Shown piece by piece: positions 57,755-64,000 of a DNA stretch of 64,000 nucleotides. Numbering within the stretch: the first letter of the stretch is position 1; each line of letters opens with the position of its first letter. Source of the stretch: Gemmatimonadota bacterium (GTDB taxonomy: Bacteria; Gemmatimonadota; Gemmatimonadetes; Gemmatimonadales; GWC2-71-9); assembly GCA_039586365.1 (NCBI GenBank), contig JBDHKN010000028.1:23746-87745 (forward strand). Reading direction: 5' to 3'. A program made the position numbers and the translations under genes. The notes beneath the pieces were generated by a model. The model did not search any database. It saw only the letters and a list, made by a program, of their open reading frames with translations, and was not told the origin of the DNA.

Positions 57755-58450
57755 ATGCTTCGTCGGTTGATCAGTGTTTTTCGATCCAGTGATCCGCTGC
57801 GGGAAATGGGCGAGAACTTCGCTGAGATGCTTGGGATCGCGCAGGAGCTCAGCCTCCGGGCGGGTAAGATCTTCTTTGCAGGTAAGGAAGCACCGGACGA
57901 GCGGACGTGGATCTACGATCAGGATGTCAGAGTCAACCAGCTCGAGCGGCAGATTCGCAAGCAGGTCATAGCGCACCTCTCGCTCTCCGGGCAGACGCTG
58001 GATTTGCCGTATTGCCTGCTGTTGATCAGCCTGGTGAAAGACGTAGAGCGCATCGGCGACTACTCGAAGAACCTGACAGAGATCGGTGATTTTTATACTG
58101 GTCCGTTGCCTGACGACGAACTGGTCGCCGAGTTGGGCGAGATCCGAAATGGTGTCGAATCGACGTTTAAGGGCCTGGCCCAGCTGCTGGGCCGGTCAGA
58201 CGAGGAAGCGGCCCTCGTCTTGATTCAACAGGGCAAAGAGCTGCTACGTCGCTGCGACAGCTTGATCGCGCGAGCGGCCCAGAGCTCACTCGATGCCGCT
58301 GCCACGGTTGCGGTCGTGCTGGGCACACGATACTACAAGCGGATTGGTGGTCACGTGCTCAATATTCTCTCCAGTGTCGTGATGCCGTTGCACAAGGTGG
58401 ATTATTACGACGAAGTGTCGCTGCCGCCGGAACTGAAGACGCGGGGGTAG
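57755..58450 (+). CDS. PhoU-domain protein
   Basis: DVRVNQLERQIR, KDVERIGDY, KRIGGH. Confidence 0.88.
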   Translation: MLRRLISVFRSSDPLREMGENFAEMLGIAQELSLRAGKIFFAGKEAPDERTWIYDQDVRVNQLERQIRKQVIAHLSLSGQTLDLPYCLLLISLVKDVERIGDYSKNLTEIGDFYTGPLPDDELVAELGEIRNGVESTFKGLAQLLGRSDEEAALVLIQQGKELLRRCDSLIARAAQSSLDAAATVAVVLGTRYYKRIGGHVLNILSSVVMPLHKVDYYDEVSLPPELKTRG

Positions 58451-58489
58451 GGGAGGGAGCGGGGAGCGGAGAGCAGGGAGCGGAGAGAC
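58451..58489 (+). repeat. G(G/A)GAGC(A/G) heptamer array (5 units)
   Basis: GGGAGCG GGGAGCG GAGAGCA GGGAGCG GAGAGAC just after the PhoU stop. Confidence 0.82.
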
Positions 58490-58637
58490 CACTGAGCTTT
58501 GTCTCAGCGGGGTCTGAGTTTACGTTCGGCCCCGCTGCCAAGATTTAGCATACCCTCTTGGCCCACCGTCAACTGCCAGCACAACGCCCGGCGTGGGGCC
58601 GAGCGGTGCGGAGTAGTCCAAGCGCGGCGTTCGGGAG

Positions 58638-59129
58638 TCACTCGTTGGATGGGGGCGCGGGGGTGGACTCGTGGGCGAGGTTGACCTTCCACTCCCCGTC
58701 TTGACGCACCCAGATCGTGGTCAGTGCGAATGGCATCGCTGGCCCGGTCACGCCTGCCGTGTCTGTTGCAGTAATAGTCCCGTGTTCCATCACGCAGACG
58801 ACATCCCGAGCCAACACCACCGTCCGCCGGTCGGCAACGGTGAACTCCTGACTGGTGACACCGGCCATAATCGGTCGAAACCATGCATCGATGTTGTCGT
58901 ACCCGTAGCGTACCTCACCGTCCCACGCCCATCCCAGGTCCGGCGAATTGAGGAAGTACGACATCCCCTGATCGATGTCTGCCGCCAACCACGGCTGCCA
59001 CATCTCGGCGTGCAGCGAACTCACCGAGTCGGCCAGTGCCGCCTTCTGTTGGTCGGTCAGTTCGCTCGTGGCGGGTTGGCAGGCGGCCAGCAAGGCCAAG
59101 CCGGCGGTAACGAGAGCAGTCCTACGCAT
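58638..59129 (-). CDS. NTF2-like (SnoaL/DUF4440) lipoprotein
   Basis: Lipobox LAAC; TTIWVRQDGEWKVNLAHES. Confidence 0.85.
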   Translation of the reverse strand: MRRTALVTAGLALLAACQPATSELTDQQKAALADSVSSLHAEMWQPWLAADIDQGMSYFLNSPDLGWAWDGEVRYGYDNIDAWFRPIMAGVTSQEFTVADRRTVVLARDVVCVMEHGTITATDTAGVTGPAMPFALTTIWVRQDGEWKVNLAHESTPAPPSNE

Positions 59130-59237
59130 GTTAGCCTCCTGGAGAGAGTGACGGCGAATAGAACTGTGTGCAGCGCTAGTGGTTCCAAGCTGACGCCTGA
59201 GCGTCAGCCGGTATCGTCGGACGCGAGCGTAGCAGAT

Positions 59238-59747
59238 CTAGTTGTGCGCCGCTCCTTCCGAGTGCTCACCTTCCCCTGGGCCCGGGGCAAGGTCCGAGTT
59301 CCACATCCAGACTGAGAAGAGCCACAATCCATCGGGCTGCTTGCGCAAGACCGCCAGGATCTTGCCGCTATCTGCGATCGGTTCCGAGACGCCCTCCACG
59401 CTGTATGTTTCGGAGTAGGTCCCCCGGGCGTAGGCAATGTCGCCGTATCCATCCACGTCGACGAACTCGATGGTGTGCTGTTGCACCGTCATTGCGGTGG
59501 ACTCGATCAACGCCTCAAGCTCGCTGTGCCCCCGGATGACTGGGGCATTGGCCGGCAGCACCAGACCGTCCGGGGTAAACATTGCCACGAAGGCACTCCA
59601 GTCGCCTGCGAGAGCTAGCTGGTCTATTGCGGGACCATACGACCTGATGGTAGCCACGTCCTCATCCGAGAGCGGAGCGGCCCCCGACTGACAGGCGGTG
59701 ACGACCACAGCGAAGAGCAGGGTGGAGCATAGCGAGCGAGACTGCAT
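59238..59747 (-). CDS. NTF2-like (DUF4440/YybH) lipoprotein
   Basis: Lipobox VTAC; GDIAYARGTY, GKILAVLRKQPDGLW..MWNSD. Confidence 0.87.
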   Translation of the reverse strand: MQSRSLCSTLLFAVVVTACQSGAAPLSDEDVATIRSYGPAIDQLALAGDWSAFVAMFTPDGLVLPANAPVIRGHSELEALIESTAMTVQQHTIEFVDVDGYGDIAYARGTYSETYSVEGVSEPIADSGKILAVLRKQPDGLWLFSVWMWNSDLAPGPGEGEHSEGAAHN

Positions 59748-59982
59748 GGCGGCCTCCTGACTGCGAGGAAGAACAGGTTTAGAACAACACGGCAAGTCTG
59801 CGGTCAGGTACAGTAGGCTGCAAGGTCTCGCTGGGTCGCTCGAGGCACGCCGGATAGGCCAGGCGTGCGGCCGGGACTCAGAGTTTCGTTAGTCGCCAAG
59901 CCCATCCACCGCCACCCGCTGCTTTACGGAACTGGTACCAACCCGTAGACTGAATAGGTCTCTTCTAAGAGGGGAGGTGGCC

Positions 59983-60207
59983 ATGCTACGGACCGCCTTG
60001 ACTTCCCCGTCTCTCGTAACGGTGTACTGCACCTGCTGCACCGAGGCGGTGACCGGTTTTCGGAGACTTGAGAACCAGTTGTCGCTACCGTACAGAGTAG
60101 GTCTCTTCAGACTGTTCGAGGGACAGTGTAGAAAGTGCGCCAGACTGGGTCGTTGCGATCCACGTGATCCGACCGAGAACCTGAAAGGTTCGGTCTCGAG
60201 CGGCTAG
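59983..60207 (+). CDS. Possible small Cys-rich protein
   Basis: GGAGG RBS 5 nt before ATG; CTCC and CRKC pairs. Confidence 0.35.
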   Translation: MLRTALTSPSLVTVYCTCCTEAVTGFRRLENQLSLPYRVGLFRLFEGQCRKCARLGRCDPRDPTENLKGSVSSG

Positions 60208-60377
60208 ACCATTCCGCCACTCTGCGCTGGCAGATCAGCTGGGTGCATTCTGAACGGGTCGCACACGGTGTGCAGCGACCTGGCGCGGTCCATAGGCCCC
60301 TGTCGGATTGGGACGCGGGACCTGTTCACGAAGCTCCGATTGCGACGGGCACCAAGTTCTTTCGTCTTGGAGGCCCG

Positions 60378-60746
60378 GTGGAAATCCACATAGACGAAGC
60401 GAAGCACGTCGCGTATGTCAAGCTCGCAGGCCTGTTGAGCAAGAACGTGATCCTGCAGGCATTTGACGCTGCGGTATTACACGAGCAGTACAAACCGGGA
60501 ATGGGTAGGCTGTGGGATTTCACAGCGGCAGATCTGTCGTTGCTCGATTCGGGTACGATAGCAGAAATAGCCCGGTAATCGATCAAGTTCCCTCCCGGTA
60601 TCAGTGACGTGAAGGTAGCGTTTGTAGCCGGTAGAAAGCTGGAGTATGGTCTGTCGCGCATGTTCGAGTTCTTTTCAAAGGACGCCAACACGACCATAGA
60701 TGTGTTCTATTCGATCGAAGAAGCCGAGGCATGGTTGACGATCTGA
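60378..60746 (+). pseudogene. SpoIIAA-like gene interrupted by an in-frame TAA (60576-60578)
   Basis: Frame continues past the TAA to VAFVA..YGLSRMF..VFYSIEEAEAWL, like 54829-55221. Confidence 0.8.
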
Positions 60747-60754
60747 GCTAGCAA

Positions 60755-61207
60755 ATGAACCCCGTAATAGATCCCTGGATTCGCTTCGTGCACGAGAACG
60801 CGGTGGAAGTAGCTGTAACCTTGTTGGTCTCGGGGAGGCTCGTGACTGGGATGCTCGTCCCAACCCAGCGCTACGAGCGCTGGGAGCGTGAAGTGCTCAA
60901 GCGTACCGAGCTTGCCGGCGGCAGGTTTGAGCTGCCTTCACTCGAGCTGCCACCGATGAGCAAGGAAGACGTAGTAGAGACGCGCACGAGGTGGCCCGAT
61001 ATCGAACAGGAGTTGTACGCCGATCCCGCAGGAGGAGAGGGCTTCGCCTATCTGTGTCTGCGCAACGCCAGGATCTACGACGTAATGAACCGCTCCTCGA
61101 TACCATTGCCCTTTCTCCTGCTCTCGGTTCACGCGGTCGCGGCGCTGATGCCCGGCCTAGCACAACCTGGCAACGAGGCGCCCTCGGAGACAAGGGACGC
61201 TCGGTAA
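60755..61207 (+). CDS. Hypothetical protein
   Basis: 150-aa ORF; VTLLVSGRLVTG and YLCLRNARI segments. Confidence 0.65.
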   Translation: MNPVIDPWIRFVHENAVEVAVTLLVSGRLVTGMLVPTQRYERWEREVLKRTELAGGRFELPSLELPPMSKEDVVETRTRWPDIEQELYADPAGGEGFAYLCLRNARIYDVMNRSSIPLPFLLLSVHAVAALMPGLAQPGNEAPSETRDAR

Positions 61208-61259
61208 CCCCAGAGCCGAGTCTTAGCATCCTGCGGCGCTCCCGGCGCGACAGCCTCAA

Positions 61260-61757
61260 CTACGCGTCTTCTGCCAGTGGCGCGCCGTGAGAAACGTGTC
61301 CGTAGAGGACCTTCCAAGCTCCGTCACGGCGGATCCACACCAACGTTTGGGTAAACGGGGTCAGCGGACCGGAGTTTCCGGCTGTGTCGATCGACACGAA
61401 GGTACCAGCCCGAACCACGTACACGACGTCCGGGGCTAATACCACCGTCTTGGAGTCGGTAATTGTGCTCGGCTCTCTGCTGATAGTCGCGAAATGCTCG
61501 CCAAACACGCTTTCCAAGGTGGCATACGAGTGGAGAGTTCCACCGTTGAACGCCATGGTCGCTTCGTTGCTGTTGTGCATAAAGGACATCAGTCTGTCGA
61601 AGTCGACGGGGTCGGTAGCGGCGATCCACTCACCATCGACTAGCGCGGCAACCGTATCCGCAATCGCGAGTTTCTGTTCTTCGGTCAGTTCAATCGTTGC
61701 GGTTTGACATGCGGCGAGAAGGGTCAAAGACACTGCGGCGAGTGCGAGACGGTGCAT
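61260..61757 (-). CDS. NTF2-like (SnoaL/DUF4440) lipoprotein
   Basis: Lipobox LAAC; LTEEQKLAIADTV; TLVWIRRDGAWKVLYGHVS; paralog of 58638-59129. Confidence 0.85.
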   Translation of the reverse strand: MHRLALAAVSLTLLAACQTATIELTEEQKLAIADTVAALVDGEWIAATDPVDFDRLMSFMHNSNEATMAFNGGTLHSYATLESVFGEHFATISREPSTITDSKTVVLAPDVVYVVRAGTFVSIDTAGNSGPLTPFTQTLVWIRRDGAWKVLYGHVSHGAPLAEDA

Positions 61758-62134
61758 GCAGTCCTCCTAGCGGTTTGGAGGGCGACTCCAAGTCAGGGGT
61801 AAGCTACGGTCGGGGTCAGGGCAAGACCACCCTTCCCGCCTCTCTTCGTCGCCGCCGGTCACCTACGGCCCCGTCATTCGAGCTCCCATCTCAACCGCCG
61901 ATCATAGGCACATGGACCCCACATCGGGTGCGGCAAGTGAGTCAGCTCACTGAACCTGTGGTATACCGCCCGTATGGTACAGCCAGGGGGGTCGCAATCG
62001 CTCGCCGGTTGGCCCGCGATCGCAACCACCGCGACGGTCGCTTCGCTCCTGTTCGCAGGGACGCACCTAAATGGGGTGGCATTTCAGTCGGCCCCCCGGC
62101 GATGCAGTTAGGTTTGCAGGTGGACCAGAATCAA

Positions 62135-62174
62135 CGGGACGTGGCGCAGCCCGGTAGCGCACCTGAATGGGGTT
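62135..62174 (+). tRNA. 5' half of tRNA-Pro(GGG); no 3' half in the window
   Basis: Acceptor CGGGACG, D-arm GCGC-AGCCCGGTA-GCGC, anticodon stem CCTGA, loop ATGGGGT; expected TCAGG and T-arm replaced by unrelated sequence. Confidence 0.85.
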
Positions 62175-62277
62175 TGTGTCAGCCGGGAAGTGAGTTTCGC
62201 CAAGTTGGTGTAATTCAAAGGTGTTAGTCGTTTGGGGTGCGAAGTTCATTCGTGGCTCTCGCACTCTTTCTGTATCC

Positions 62278-62300
62278 AAACGTGCACAGAAACGTGCACA
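62278..62300 (+). repeat. 11-bp direct repeat, candidate integrase arm-type sites
   Basis: AAACGTGCACA at 62278 and 62290, about 100 bp after the tRNA break. Confidence 0.6.
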
Positions 62301-62626
62301 CACCTATCTCACCAAGAGGTAGGCTAGGGAAGACCTGAGATCGCACCTCCTGGCGCAACCTGACGCACATACGGTCCATCAGCGCAACTCAACGGCGTGA
62401 GCTAAGAGGGCCACAGGGGAGGACCCTCCAGGCCGGGGCCGGTCCAGATCACGGTGCGGCCCTCTCCAAATGCGCAGCACGATTTCGAGAATTGGCTGCG
62501 ACCCTGCAGCTAGCCTATTGACCTTATCAGGCCTTGGAGTTGCGCGTAATCGCTAGAACGCCAACCGGCTGCGATCCCGAACCGGTGCGCCGTTGTCGCC
62601 AGTTCAGTCAGTTGAAACGCGCAAGG

Positions 62627-62830
62627 TCAATCTGTACGGGACTGCGAGTCCCTCTCCCATTCGTGCTCGTTGTCCTCGCGATCTAGCTGCCGCGTCCGGT
62701 GCGCGTCCCGTTTTGCATTTCTTCGGAGGCGGGATACGGGAAACGAGCCTTGACGATATGACCACGTGACATAGACGATGATCACAAGAGCCAGCACAGC
62801 AAGGATGATTCCAAGAAACACGATGATCAT
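62627..62830 (-). CDS. Small single-TM hypothetical protein
   Basis: Hydrophobic N-terminus, charged tail; 67 aa. Confidence 0.45.
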   Translation of the reverse strand: MIIVFLGIILAVLALVIIVYVTWSYRQGSFPVSRLRRNAKRDAHRTRQLDREDNEHEWERDSQSRTD

Positions 62831-62999
62831 CCGGGCGAGGACACCGTAAGCTACTATGGTGGGCGAGAACTGGCAGCGAGCGCTGCTAGCCGTTCGGCCT
62901 AATCAACTCTTGGAACGGCGGGTAGTCGCGCTCGATGGTGTAGCGGTAGGGACGCAGAGGGGACCATAGAGTGATGAGGCAGACAGTGTATCTTTCTCG

Positions 63000-63527
63000 A
63001 TGCCTTACGCCTACTACGACAAGCTCTCCGCTCCAGACAAAGCGACTTACCGTGAGAGTGACCGAATTGTCCGGGTACCACTGGAGGCACCCAAATCGAT
63101 GTGGCCGCTTGTAGAACAGATCCGGGCCGCGTTGGAGGAAGCAAACCGATCGGACGTTCAGGCGTACGTCCAACGCCTCGTGACGAGAATGGTCACCGAC
63201 CTCGGCGCGCCACCGGCTCGCGTCAAGGTTCTCGCCGCTAGGCCCTCACATGATTGGGGGGAAGTGCAAGGGCTATACGAACCGGAAGAAGGCGACGTGG
63301 CCGTGATCACGGTGTGGATGCGCACAGCGGCAAAGAAACGCGTCGTCGCATTCAAGACGTTCCTTCGCACCGTGCTACACGAGATGTGCCACCACTTGGA
63401 CTACGGATTGTACGGGTTGGAGGAGAGCTTCCACACCGAGGGGTTCTTCAAACGGGAATCGAGTCTCTTTCATCAGATTGTGGGGCGGGACGCTCAGTTG
63501 ACCGACACGCTTGCCGACCAAACCTGA
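63000..63527 (+). CDS. Hypothetical HEXXH zinc-metallopeptidase-like protein
   Basis: GLYE, TVLHEMCHHLD, SFHTEGF. Confidence 0.75.
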   Translation: MPYAYYDKLSAPDKATYRESDRIVRVPLEAPKSMWPLVEQIRAALEEANRSDVQAYVQRLVTRMVTDLGAPPARVKVLAARPSHDWGEVQGLYEPEEGDVAVITVWMRTAAKKRVVAFKTFLRTVLHEMCHHLDYGLYGLEESFHTEGFFKRESSLFHQIVGRDAQLTDTLADQT

Positions 63528-63575
63528 AGAGCCTCGTTGCGACTGTTTAGTCGGGTCTCGTGGCGCTCGGGGCTG

Positions 63576-64000
63576 CGTCGGATCTCAGCAGTCTGCGCGT
63601 TGCGATATGATGACCTTCTGCTCGATCAAGGCCCGCATGGTGCGATTAGATGGCGTGCGGACGCAGACAAGACCGGACGTGAAACTGTTGTACCGATTTC
63701 AGGTGATGTGCGCCATGCCATTGATCGTGTGATCGCTGCACGGCCAGGCGTCGGTGCGGCGTATCTGTTCCTGTCCTCGAAAGATCCTTCGCATCCCGTG
63801 CGCCGAGAGTTGGCGTCTGGGTGGCTGCGTCGCGCTGAGGAACTTGCAGAGGTACCTCGGCTAGAGGGTGGCCAGTGGCATCCGTATCGCGGGAAATGGG
63901 TGACAGAGCAAAAGCATCTGCCCGATGTGGAAGTAGCAGCCGCTGGAGGCTGGGCCGAGCTGAGCAGTCTCAAACGGGCCTACCAGCAGGCAGACGATGC
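63576..64000 (+). pseudogene. 5'-truncated tyrosine recombinase/integrase, runs off the window
   Basis: Not in the ORF track. RRISAVCALRYDD (catalytic R), DKTG (K), WHPYR (HxxR), AAGGW, RAYQQ (Y); in-frame TGA at 63525, so no N-terminal domain. Confidence 0.82.

Noticed and set aside
59955..60108. 11-bp direct repeat TAGGTCTCTTC (59955, 60098)
   Set aside because: Only two copies and no associated element; may be chance.
62174..62620. Group I intron in tRNA-Pro
   Set aside because: No 3' exon (T-arm, acceptor) or recognisable intron core found downstream in the window.

Overview
High-GC bacterial chromosome segment; the gene content suggests Gemmatimonadota or a similar lineage (inference). 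1-25 kb: MacAB-like ABC exporter, eukaryotic-type citrate synthase, a V/A-type ATPase operon in the order B-D-I-K-E-C-A with a Na+-type K subunit followed by nhaA, and an ECF sigma operon. 25.5-42.2 kb: four PadR + duplicated-orphan-permease (ADOP-type) cassettes, a beta-lactamase-family/VanX fusion and a four-helix-bundle (IVP/Avd-like) gene. Two unannotated layers stand out here. (1) Every PadR cassette has the same ECF-type promoter, TGAAAC-N17-CGT(A/C). (2) Ten polarised (GATTGAC)n heptamer arrays sit at gene junctions, usually supply or overlap stop codons, and form inward-facing pairs. One pair encloses the four-helix-bundle gene and another encloses a decayed permease fragment. Other heptamer/decamer families mark further junctions. 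The window ends with a tRNA-Pro(GGG) broken just after the anticodon loop, att-like repeats and a truncated tyrosine recombinase. All calls come from reading motifs by eye; no searches were run.
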